Below, piece after piece: positions 9,323-17,611 of a stretch of 26,918 bases of DNA. The position numbers were made by a program, and so were the translations under genes. Where the stretch lies: the IMG/VR virus record IMGVR_UViG_3300012940_000092, positions 1-26,918 of that record; one strand, 5' to 3'. The stretch is from a virus (Duplodnaviria; Caudoviricetes). The notes under the pieces were generated by a model. That model ran no database searches, had not been told where the DNA came from, and saw only the letters and a list, made by a program, of their open reading frames with translations. Positions within the stretch are counted from its first letter, which is position 1; each line of letters begins with the position of its first letter.

Positions 9323-12300
9323 TCATCGCGCCCCCGGCACCGGCTGGTAGCGGGCGAGGTCCTGCCCTGCGCGCGCCTCGGTCGACTGGCTGATGTAGCG
9401 CTCGATGTTGACGGCGGTGTAGTTGTCGATGCCAGGCCGGTATCCGGTGCCGGTGTGCTGGGTGCGGTTCGGGTCCATCTGCTGGGCCGCGATCTGCTCC
9501 GGCGTGGACGGGCCGACACCCGGCAGCAGACGGCCCTGACCGAGCGCATCCTGGGCGATCCCGCCCGCCAGGTTGGGCAGCGCGGGGGCTGCGCCGACGA
9601 TGCCACCGACCAGTCGGGTGATCCAGTTCTCGTTGGCCAGGCTCGATCCGCCGGTCGGCAAGAGCGTCTCCATGAGGCCCTGCACGCCGATGCCCGTCGC
9701 CTGGGCACCGAACTCGATGGCGCGCTGAATCTCCTGAATGCCGATCTGCAACGCTGCTGCTGCTGCCGCGCTCGCCGCACCGCCGTCGGTGCCGCCCGCC
9801 GCGCCGCTGGCAGCCAGGCCTGCCGCCGAGCTGGCTGCACCGGCGATCGCTCCGGCGATGCCGCCGCCGATGGACAGGCCGGGACCGTAACCCTGATACG
9901 GCTCCACCTTTGAACCGATATGGCTGCCAGCAGTCGGCACGCCCGCAGGCTTGGGCAGCTGCTGAATGGGCGGCGGGGCTGGGTCGAGCGCGCCTAGTTC
10001 CTGCAGCAGCTGCACACCGCCGCGGAGCGGCCGCGTCGACTCGCCGCCGGGCTTCGGCGCCGACCCGCTGGTCGGCTTCTGCCCGATCGGCAGCAGCAGC
10101 GAATCGACCGGAGTGGGGATGGTCAGGTCCGGGCCGCTGCCGGTCTTCGGCGTCGGCTTCTGCTCGATCGGCAGCAGCGGCAGCGGATCGAGCGGAGTGG
10201 GCTTCTGCCCAATCGACCGCGGCCGCGGATCGAACGGAGTGGGGGTGACCCAGCCGCCGTCCTCGTAGCGGTTGATCTGCTCCAGCAGCGGCCCGAACTT
10301 CTGGGCCGAGTCGCGGTTGACCACGAACTCGCCGGGGGTTGCGCGGATCAGGGTGTTGTCGATACCTGTAGAACGCCCGCTGATCCAGCCGCCGCTGGCC
10401 TTGCCCTCGAGGTCCATGATGAACGAGTCGAACACCTTGGTCCACTCGTGCACATCGTGGAGCTTCTGCCCCTCAGCGGCCTCCCTCTTCCAGACTCGGA
10501 TCGGCGTCTTGCCGGATATCACATCGGGCCACAGCAGCTCCTTGACGAAGGCGTATCCGCCGCGCCGGGCGAGCTTGCTGGCATCGGGGGGAAGCGTGTC
10601 ACCCATCATGGGGTTCATGCGGTGATCGCCCTCGATAATGACGTTGGCGTCCCGCGCGGTCCGGGAAAGGGTGCTTCCCTCCGGCCCGTTGACATAAAGC
10701 CGATGCGGATACCCCGGCATGAACGACATCTCGGTCCACGTCCAGCCGCCGCCCCTGCCGTGCATGACGCCCTGCTCGTTGAACATCGACCGGACATCAT
10801 TCGGGTCGGGCAGCCACAGCGCGCGGTAGAAGTTCTCGGGGTTCAGCGGGATGTTGTGCCCAACGTAAGCCGGGTTGGTGACCCACATGTCCTTGGACGT
10901 CCCAGTCGTCCCAGGAAGACCGATGTGACCCAACTCCTCCAGAGTGCGCTTCGGCTCCGGAGGGAAGGGACCGAAGGGACTCAGCGGGGCGTCACCCTTC
11001 CCCGCTGCGCGCCGGGTCGCCGCCGCCACAGCCTTGCTGCCGCCGCCGACAGCGCCCGCGCCGGGGATGAACATCGTGCCGACATCGAACAGGGCGCCGC
11101 CCGCCGCGCCGAACGGGTCGGACTTCCACTCATCCCAGTGGGTGACAGCCTTGCCCAGCGCCTTCCACGACTCGGCGACGCCGGGAGCGCCGCTGCCGCC
11201 AAGGCCGATAAGCGGAGCCATCGCTTTCACCGTCTCCACCGGATGCTTGACGGCTTCGACTAGGCCCTTGCCTGCATCGACGGCTGCGCGTCCGAACCCG
11301 GTGAACAGGTTCAATGGGTTCCAGTTGGTGACGGTGCCGCCGTCCTCAAACCCTGGAATCCGCCCGGCGTTGATCTCCTCCAGCAGTGGCCGGAACTTCT
11401 GAGCGGCCCGCTTATTGACGATGAACTCGCCGGGGGTTGCGCGGATCAGGGTGTTGTCGATCGTGCCGCCGTACTGGTAGCCGGGTGCGCCGGGGACCTT
11501 GCCGGTTATCCGGCTGTAGTACTGAAGTGCGGTGCCTCGCTGGTTGTAGTTCAGCAGCGCGGCGTTGTACCCACCAGCCTCCGGCTTAGCCGGGCGCTGC
11601 ACCTTGAGCGCCTGGTCCCAGGGGTCGGGGTTGGCCAATCCCTGACCGGTGTTGATGTACTGATCGATGTACCCCCGAATGGCGTCAACAGGGTTGTTTC
11701 GGTCGCCGTACTTGTTGTACGACGAGTCCTGCTGGAACGGCCCGGTGACCACCGTGCCGTTCTGATTCTGCGGGCGGTAGGCGGCAGGGTTGGTGCCCAT
11801 TGCCGACTCCTGATTGAGCACGGCCAAGCCCGCAAGAATCTGCTCCCGATTGAAGCCTGCTGCCTCTGCCTGCCTGATGAACTCAGCAGCGACCATATCG
11901 GCCGTATTCGAGGGCTGGAATTGGGACAGCGCGTTCTGCACGGTCTGCTGCGCATAGGTCTGCGTCGTCGCCTGAAGTGCATCTCGCAGCGCGATATGCA
12001 CATGCGAGTTGGCGCCGTAATGCTCGGCCATCGTACTGGCCGGATAGTTGTACGGCTTGCCCTCGTCGATGTTGCCGGTGAACCCAGGTCGCCCCCAGAT
12101 CAACTCGGCAAGCTGCGGCCCGAAGTTTTTCGACATGTGGGTGGCGAACTGCTCCAACACCTCGTCGGGACCGTCGATGTCAAGAGCCTCACCGCGACCG
12201 TGATGCCCTGGATCGCCTTTGCGGAGTCCCGACGTCACCGTCAAACCGAACTGCTTGGCGATCTCGGCAATCTGATTCATATAGGGGTTAGACCCCATCG

Positions 12301-15300
12301 GCCCCGGCTCTCCAGTGACCGGGGGAACCCCCAGTGAAGCCGGAGTGTTGCCGTTGACGCCAGGGACCACCGCCCCGCCGAACATCTGGGCGGCCTGCCA
12401 CTGCGCCAGCTCGTCTGGGTTCAGCGCGTACGGCGACTTGTAGTGGCCAGCCATCGCGGCGGCGATGCCGACCAGGCCCGACCCTGTGCCCTCGCCGCCG
12501 GGGAACCCAAGCATGACCTGCTGGGCCTTCATCTGGCCCAGCATCGGCGCGGCGGCGACGCTGGCCACGAACTTCACCAGGTTCTCGGCCATACCGGCCA
12601 GGCCCCTGCTGATGCCCAAGTCGGGGTCGAGCACATCACCCAGTTCGCCCAATGACTGGCGCAGGTCTTCGGCGAAGCGCTCTGTCTGTGTTGCCAGCTC
12701 GATGAACTCGCCGCGCTCGGCCTCCTTCAGCGAGCGCTGCGCCTCCAGCCAGTCACGCTCGGCCTGGATGACATCGTTCGCCGCCTTGTTGATGTCGTCC
12801 TGGGTCTTGTTGCTGTCGCTCTGAACCTCCAGGAGGTGGATGCGCGCTTCCTCGGCCTTGATCCGAGCGTTGTCGAGGTCGTTCTGCTCCTGCCAGATTT
12901 TGAACGGGTCGGTCCGGTAATAGCCAGTCTTGCCCAGGTTGTTCCAGTCAGGCGGCAGGTCGGTAATGCCCTCGGGCACCTGCCACTGCGCGCCGGGGAA
13001 CGTGCCGATCGGGATGTTGCCCAGCTCGTAGGTGCCAGGCGTAGCGACGAACTCGGGCGCATCGGGCACGTCGAACAGCGGCACCCGCGTTTCGGGGTCG
13101 ATGCCGAAGTTCTCGAAGACGCGCTCCATCGCGTAGGAGGATGGAGTTTCGGAGGGATCAAAGTTATCGAAGAACTGCCTGTATTTGATGTCGTCCGCCA
13201 TCTTCTGGCCGAACTTGTCCCACCCTTTACGAATCAGGTCCTCCCAGAACGGCAGGATGGGGACCGCATTGCTGAACCACCGATCCGGCGCGCCCTCAGG
13301 CCGCTCCTTGTCGAGGCTGAAAGGCAGGTTCGGGAACATGTCTTCGATTGCCATCCCGATGGTGGCGATCAACGCAAGCGGGCCAGCCAACTTCTTCAGG
13401 CCGGTAGCAGCTTTGCCGAGCGCGCCCAGCAACCCGCCCGTCGAACCTGCCACGCCCGTCGCTGCGGAGGCTGTCGCCGTACCCATCAGTGCGATGTTGA
13501 GGTTGCGGACCGCCTTGATCGCATCCTTCGTCCAGCCCAGGAATCGGGTGAACAGCCACGCCTCAGCAAGTTTCGCCAGTACGGACCCTGCGGAATCCAA
13601 CTCGACCCCGAAGACGTTCAGGAAATCCGACGCACCCTTGAAAACCGACGCGATGTCCTCGAAGAAGGTTTTGAGCGTGCGCAGGAACAACTCGATCAGA
13701 TCGGTCATTTCCTGCATGGTGTCGCGGAACCGCTCGATGTCCTTCTGGTTCTTCAACCCGAAGACGTCGTAGAGCATGACACCGAAGTCGCGCAACGCAG
13801 CGCCGACAGCCTTGAGCGCCTCCCAGCCGGTGTCCATGAACTCTTTCAGGGCGCCGGAGTCCCGCGCATCCCCCAGGAAACTCGCGAAGCTCCTAGCGAT
13901 ATCAGCAAGATCTTTGGCCACGTCGGGCAGCACCTCAGCACCGGCGTCGGTGAGGATCAGCATCGCCTCGGCGAGCGGCTGGATCGCCGGTTGCAGCGAC
14001 TTGAATGTCGCGGCGATATTGTCGGTGATGCGCCCAACGGTCTCGCTGCCGTCAGGGGACAGCAACAGCGTGGTGACGCTTCGCAGCCCCCTGTTCATCG
14101 AGGCGGCGATGCTAGTCGTCATCTCCTCGACCGCCGGGCCGAGCTTCCGCGTCAGCGAGTAGATCATCTGCGGGACGTCCGTGAAGAAAGCTTCCTGCGC
14201 AGCGACCTGCATCTGCTTGAACTGCGGCATCAGATGCTGAATGGTCAGCGCGGCCTGCTGCGCGCTCGGGGCGAGCTTGTGAATGCCCTCGGCGAACTTC
14301 TCCAGGTCGCCCTCAATGAGCGCGCTGATGGTGTCGCCGAACCCGGCAGTCGCCATCTTCAACGTGCCGAACGCCGCGCCTGCTGCGCCTGCGGCGGCGG
14401 GCAACAGCGCCAGCGACTGCGACGCGGCGATCACGCCGTTGGCCATCTGGAAGAACAGCGTGCCCAACGGCAGCACCAGCGTCGGCGTCACCACGCCCAG
14501 CGGGGTCAACGCGCCCAGGTTGCGCGCCGCCCAGCGGCCCGGGTCGAACTTGGGGTGGCTCTTGCTCGCGGTGCCCGCGATGCGCCGGGCAGCGGCCTCT
14601 TCTTCGGCCTTGATGTGTCGATGCAAAGCGTCGCTGGCGTCGTCGGCCTTCTGCCGATAGGTGGCGTAAGCGTCACTGGTGCGGACCAGCTGCTCGCGCA
14701 GCTGCTCGGTCGTGGTGGAGCTGTCCCGCGCCATCCGCTTGTACTTGCCGAACTCACGGTTGGCCCGGTGACCTGCGTCAGCGACGGAGTTGAATGTCCG
14801 CGACAGCCCGGCGTTGGAGGCGATCACATCCTCGTTCGCCTTGCGCAGGTCCGTGATCTCTCGGCGCACATCCCGGCCGCCAGCGGCCAGCTTTTTCAGC
14901 CGGGCATTGTGGTCGGAGACGAACTGATTCGCCCGGTCCTGCACGCTAACCAGGCCTGAGAGTCCTTCTCGAGCTTTCTCGGCGTCCTCCCGGTACTGCT
15001 TGAAGGCCGAGTTCACGCGTAGGAATTGCGTGCGCAACTGCTCCGCCGAGACTGAACTGTCCCGGGCCATCTGCTTGTACTTGCCGTACTCCTCGTTGGC
15101 CTTGTGTGCGGAGTTGTTGGCGGCGTTGAACGCCCGCGACAGCGCGTTGTTGTTGCGGATCGTCTCAGCGTGCGCGCCGTTCAAGCTTTCAAGCTCTTTG
15201 CGCACATCCTTGGTGCTGGTGCGGAGTTCGCGAAGCCTGCTGTCGTGCGCGGCGACGAACGACTGCGCGCGGTCGTGCGCGCCAGCGATGCTGAGGATGC

Positions 15301-16093
15301 CCCCTCGGACCTCGTTGATGACCTTGCGCTCGGCGGCGTGAGCGTCGCGAATCTTCTGGACCTGGTCGCGGAACTGCTTGTAGGAGGCAGTTCCCTCCTT
15401 GACCATTTCCTTGAACTTCTCGCGCTCCCGCTTGGTGCGCTCCTGAGCCTCAGACACCCGATCCATCTGCCGCCGGATCGTGGTGTTGTCCTTGATGAGA
15501 TTCAGGTTGGCGGAGTGCAGATCCTCCAGCCCGCGACGATGCTTGTTGGTGACCCGCGTGAGGTCACGGAACTCGCCCTTGCTCTTCCCGACCAGGGTGT
15601 TGATCTTGTGCCTGGTCTTGCGAGCCTCTTCCTCCTTCTTGTTCAGCGCGTCGATCGACTCGTTGAGTTCCCAGGTGGAGCGGGTGTAGTCGTTGACGCT
15701 CTTGGAGGCCTGCTGAGCGGCGAATGCCACCTCCAGCTCAGCCTGAGCAACCTCACGCCGAGCCTCTGCGAGGTCCTTTTCCTTCTTGGCCTTCGTCTCA
15801 GGCTTGCGGGGACGGCGACGCTCCACCGACGCCAGCTTGGCCTCGGCCTCCTCCAGCCGCCTGGTCGCCAGCGTCAGCGAGTCGACCTTGTTGATGAGGG
15901 TGTCGTAAGCGGCTGACTGCTTGTCCGTATTGCGAACGATCTCCTTGGAGCGGCCGATCGTCCCCTTGGCAGCCTTCTCCCACCGGGTGTTGATATCCCC
16001 TTCCAGGGAGTCGACGTACCGACGAAGCTGTTCGCCCTCCTTGATGAGGTCACGCTGCCGGAGGTGCGCAATGATGTCGATGTGGATGGCCAT
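9323..16093 (-). CDS. Tape measure protein (2256 aa) with peptidoglycan-hydrolase-like domains and an inserted cassette
   Basis: Longest ORF, follows the tail assembly chaperones with a TGATG overlap. Coiled-coil N-terminus, hydrophobic Ala/Gly segments, and two copies of the TMP motif GG..D...ATPGEFxVN. Confidence 0.95.
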   Translation of the reverse strand: MAIHIDIIAHLRQRDLIKEGEQLRRYVDSLEGDINTRWEKAAKGTIGRSKEIVRNTDKQSAAYDTLINKVDSLTLATRRLEEAEAKLASVERRRPRKPETKAKKEKDLAEARREVAQAELEVAFAAQQASKSVNDYTRSTWELNESIDALNKKEEEARKTRHKINTLVGKSKGEFRDLTRVTNKHRRGLEDLHSANLNLIKDNTTIRRQMDRVSEAQERTKREREKFKEMVKEGTASYKQFRDQVQKIRDAHAAERKVINEVRGGILSIAGAHDRAQSFVAAHDSRLRELRTSTKDVRKELESLNGAHAETIRNNNALSRAFNAANNSAHKANEEYGKYKQMARDSSVSAEQLRTQFLRVNSAFKQYREDAEKAREGLSGLVSVQDRANQFVSDHNARLKKLAAGGRDVRREITDLRKANEDVIASNAGLSRTFNSVADAGHRANREFGKYKRMARDSSTTTEQLREQLVRTSDAYATYRQKADDASDALHRHIKAEEEAAARRIAGTASKSHPKFDPGRWAARNLGALTPLGVVTPTLVLPLGTLFFQMANGVIAASQSLALLPAAAGAAGAAFGTLKMATAGFGDTISALIEGDLEKFAEGIHKLAPSAQQAALTIQHLMPQFKQMQVAAQEAFFTDVPQMIYSLTRKLGPAVEEMTTSIAASMNRGLRSVTTLLLSPDGSETVGRITDNIAATFKSLQPAIQPLAEAMLILTDAGAEVLPDVAKDLADIARSFASFLGDARDSGALKEFMDTGWEALKAVGAALRDFGVMLYDVFGLKNQKDIERFRDTMQEMTDLIELFLRTLKTFFEDIASVFKGASDFLNVFGVELDSAGSVLAKLAEAWLFTRFLGWTKDAIKAVRNLNIALMGTATASAATGVAGSTGGLLGALGKAATGLKKLAGPLALIATIGMAIEDMFPNLPFSLDKERPEGAPDRWFSNAVPILPFWEDLIRKGWDKFGQKMADDIKYRQFFDNFDPSETPSSYAMERVFENFGIDPETRVPLFDVPDAPEFVATPGTYELGNIPIGTFPGAQWQVPEGITDLPPDWNNLGKTGYYRTDPFKIWQEQNDLDNARIKAEEARIHLLEVQSDSNKTQDDINKAANDVIQAERDWLEAQRSLKEAERGEFIELATQTERFAEDLRQSLGELGDVLDPDLGISRGLAGMAENLVKFVASVAAAPMLGQMKAQQVMLGFPGGEGTGSGLVGIAAAMAGHYKSPYALNPDELAQWQAAQMFGGAVVPGVNGNTPASLGVPPVTGEPGPMGSNPYMNQIAEIAKQFGLTVTSGLRKGDPGHHGRGEALDIDGPDEVLEQFATHMSKNFGPQLAELIWGRPGFTGNIDEGKPYNYPASTMAEHYGANSHVHIALRDALQATTQTYAQQTVQNALSQFQPSNTADMVAAEFIRQAEAAGFNREQILAGLAVLNQESAMGTNPAAYRPQNQNGTVVTGPFQQDSSYNKYGDRNNPVDAIRGYIDQYINTGQGLANPDPWDQALKVQRPAKPEAGGYNAALLNYNQRGTALQYYSRITGKVPGAPGYQYGGTIDNTLIRATPGEFIVNKRAAQKFRPLLEEINAGRIPGFEDGGTVTNWNPLNLFTGFGRAAVDAGKGLVEAVKHPVETVKAMAPLIGLGGSGAPGVAESWKALGKAVTHWDEWKSDPFGAAGGALFDVGTMFIPGAGAVGGGSKAVAAATRRAAGKGDAPLSPFGPFPPEPKRTLEELGHIGLPGTTGTSKDMWVTNPAYVGHNIPLNPENFYRALWLPDPNDVRSMFNEQGVMHGRGGGWTWTEMSFMPGYPHRLYVNGPEGSTLSRTARDANVIIEGDHRMNPMMGDTLPPDASKLARRGGYAFVKELLWPDVISGKTPIRVWKREAAEGQKLHDVHEWTKVFDSFIMDLEGKASGGWISGRSTGIDNTLIRATPGEFVVNRDSAQKFGPLLEQINRYEDGGWVTPTPFDPRPRSIGQKPTPLDPLPLLPIEQKPTPKTGSGPDLTIPTPVDSLLLPIGQKPTSGSAPKPGGESTRPLRGGVQLLQELGALDPAPPPIQQLPKPAGVPTAGSHIGSKVEPYQGYGPGLSIGGGIAGAIAGAASSAAGLAASGAAGGTDGGAASAAAAAALQIGIQEIQRAIEFGAQATGIGVQGLMETLLPTGGSSLANENWITRLVGGIVGAAPALPNLAGGIAQDALGQGRLLPGVGPSTPEQIAAQQMDPNRTQHTGTGYRPGIDNYTAVNIERYISQSTEARAGQDLARYQPVPGAR
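10325..10363. repeat. 39-bp exact direct repeat, copy A (gaactcgccgggggttgcgcggatcagggtgttgtcgat)
   Basis: Identical to 11423-11461. Imperfect similarity extends about 70 bp further left in both copies. Confidence 0.95.
11423..11461. repeat. 39-bp exact direct repeat, copy B
   Basis: Identical to 10325-10363. Offset is 1098 bp = 366 codons. Confidence 0.95.
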
Positions 16094-16527
16094 CAGTCGT
16101 CCTCGTCGTCGCCGAACTCGTCAGGGGTGTTCAACTGTTGAACACCCGGACGGGCCGCGAAGGCGTAGAAGCTCTCGCGGACCTCCGTTTGAGCTTCGGC
16201 CTTCTCGGCCATCTCGCGCAACTTCGCCGGGGAGTAGAAGATCATCGACCCGTACTCCTCGCCCTTCACCTTGGGCATGTAACCGGCGCGCAGCACGGCA
16301 AGCTCGTTGGCGATCTGCGCCCACATCTTGCGGTCGAGGTCGTACTCTCCGCCGCGAACCGCTGTTTTGAAGGCACCTTCCTCGGGCATGAACTCCAAGA
16401 GCTCGAGCAGCTCATAGGAGGACATTGTCCCATCGTGCCATTCTTTTATGCGCCGATGGTGGTAGCGCGACAGGTCGCTAGCTATCTGCCTCGGATACTG
16501 CCTCCAGAGCCAGTGCGCCTCCATCAC
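16093..16527 (-). CDS. Tail assembly chaperone, downstream (frameshifted, gpT-like) part
   Basis: Overlaps the end of 16478..17035 in the +1 frame and ends at the TMP start. Protein-like sequence begins at KVMEAHWLWRQYP. Confidence 0.8.
   Translation of the reverse strand: MMEAHWLWRQYPRQIASDLSRYHHRRIKEWHDGTMSSYELLELLEFMPEEGAFKTAVRGGEYDLDRKMWAQIANELAVLRAGYMPKVKGEEYGSMIFYSPAKLREMAEKAEAQTEVRESFYAFAARPGVQQLNTPDEFGDDEDD
16125..16147. promoter_or_regulatory. Palindromic operator-like site, copy 4 (GGGTGTTCAAC-T-GTTGAACACCC)
   Basis: Perfect 23-bp palindrome inside the chaperone 3' end (encodes GVQQLNTP), about 30 bp upstream of the TMP start. Confidence 0.8.
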
Positions 16528-17035
16528 TTTTCGGGTCAAGCTCTTGGCGTTCCCGAAGCTCGGCCGCCTGGCGACTCCAGATGCGCCACACGTCAGCTGC
16601 GGACTTGCCGCCTGCGCGCAGCTTGGCGTACCCCTCCTCGCCAAGGGCGATCTTGGCGACGCGCACCGAGTGCGGCGGCCTCACCAGCTCGCCGTTCTTG
16701 CGGTAGGGCCGCTTGAGCGCGCCGCGCTGGGTGGTGGCAGGCAGCACCACGCCACTCTCGGTGCCGTCGGGGTTGCGCAGCCGCTGCTCGGGGATGAAGA
16801 CGTCTTCCTCGCGATCGTAGGACTCCATCTCGAACTGGAGTTCCTCATAGGCAGCCATTGCCTCATCGTCGAGCATCCCCAGGTCGGGGTGCGGCGGCAC
16901 CAGGATGACCTCGCCGTTGTCCAGCTCCAGGGGGGTGTCAGCGAACAGCGAGTCATAGGCGTTGGCCTGCTCGCGGGCCTTGAGGCCAGCGTTCGGTTCG
17001 GTGTGGGGAAGGTTGCGAATGGGCTTATCCGTCAT
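16478..17035 (-). CDS. Tail assembly chaperone (gpG-like, 185 aa)
   Basis: Lies between major tail protein and TMP and has a slippery CCCGAAAA near its 3' end. Confidence 0.85.
   Translation of the reverse strand: MTDKPIRNLPHTEPNAGLKAREQANAYDSLFADTPLELDNGEVILVPPHPDLGMLDDEAMAAYEELQFEMESYDREEDVFIPEQRLRNPDGTESGVVLPATTQRGALKRPYRKNGELVRPPHSVRVAKIALGEEGYAKLRAGGKSAADVWRIWSRQAAELRERQELDPKSDGGALALEAVSEADS
16528..16535 (-). other. Putative +1 programmed frameshift site CCCGAAAA
   Basis: GAC CCG AAA AGT (DPKS) overlaps CGA AAA GTG ATG (RKVM) in the +1 frame. Confidence 0.65.
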
Positions 17036-17081
17036 AACGCATGGTCTACCAGATAAACCCTCGCGCGTTCAAACATGCATT

Positions 17082-17110
17082 TTGCACAGCCAACATTGAT
17101 GTCCTATGGT
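17082..17110 (+). promoter_or_regulatory. SigA-like promoter TTGCAC-N17-TATGGT driving a leaderless HTH gene
   Basis: -35 at 17082-17087, 17-bp spacer, -10 at 17105-17110, ATG 7 nt later at 17118, all in an AT-rich gap. Confidence 0.7.
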
Positions 17111-17117
17111 TGACAAC

Positions 17118-17603
17118 ATGGCTGGAGTGAGATCAGAACTGGGACCGACGGCGCAGGCCGTCGCCGCTGCCGTTCTCCGGCATCGCGAACGAATGGGCTG
17201 GGGATACGCACGGCTGTCCCGCGAACTCACCAAGGTCGGCCGCGACATCCCCCCGCTCGGGCTGAACCGCATCGAATCCGGCGCCCGCCGCGTCGACGTC
17301 GATGACCTCACCGCGCTAGCCGTGGTATTCGGAGTCTCGCCCACCTCGCTGATGCAGCCGCAAAGCGCTGACCCCGACCAGCTGGTCCAGCTCACCGGCA
17401 CCAACATGATCCCGGCCAAACGCGCCTGGGACTGGCTCACCAGTGGCTATCCCCTGTCGGGGTCTGTCCTGTCGTTCTACAACTACGCGCTGCCCGCCTG
17501 GGAGCGTGACGCTGTCGAGGAATCGTTGGGCGCCCGCCGCGATTACCCCGAAACGACTGAGCCGCCGGTGCTGGAGACAACCTCCAGCCCGGCGGCTCAG
17601 TGA
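17118..17603 (+). CDS. XRE-family helix-turn-helix DNA-binding protein (161 aa), antisense to the structural operon
   Basis: RHRERMGWGYARLSRELTKVGRDIPPLGLNRIESGARRVDVDDLTALAVVFGVSPTSL is a classical XRE/Cro-CI HTH. Start moved from 17106 to 17118 on promoter geometry. Confidence 0.88.
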   Translation: MAGVRSELGPTAQAVAAAVLRHRERMGWGYARLSRELTKVGRDIPPLGLNRIESGARRVDVDDLTALAVVFGVSPTSLMQPQSADPDQLVQLTGTNMIPAKRAWDWLTSGYPLSGSVLSFYNYALPAWERDAVEESLGARRDYPETTEPPVLETTSSPAAQ

Positions 17604-17611
17604 TAGATGCG

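Noticed and set aside
10325-11461. TMP insert as an intein, intron or IS element
   Set aside because: No intein splice motifs (N-terminal C/S, C-terminal HN), no transposase or terminal inverted repeats, and the frame is continuous.
12836-14959. 707-aa plus-strand ORF and many other long antisense or alternate-frame ORFs (4..966, 6368..7309, 7824..8951, 9285..10445, 21221..22198)
   Set aside because: They fully overlap well-supported phage genes, lack motifs and RBSs, and are expected from stop-codon scarcity in GC-rich DNA.
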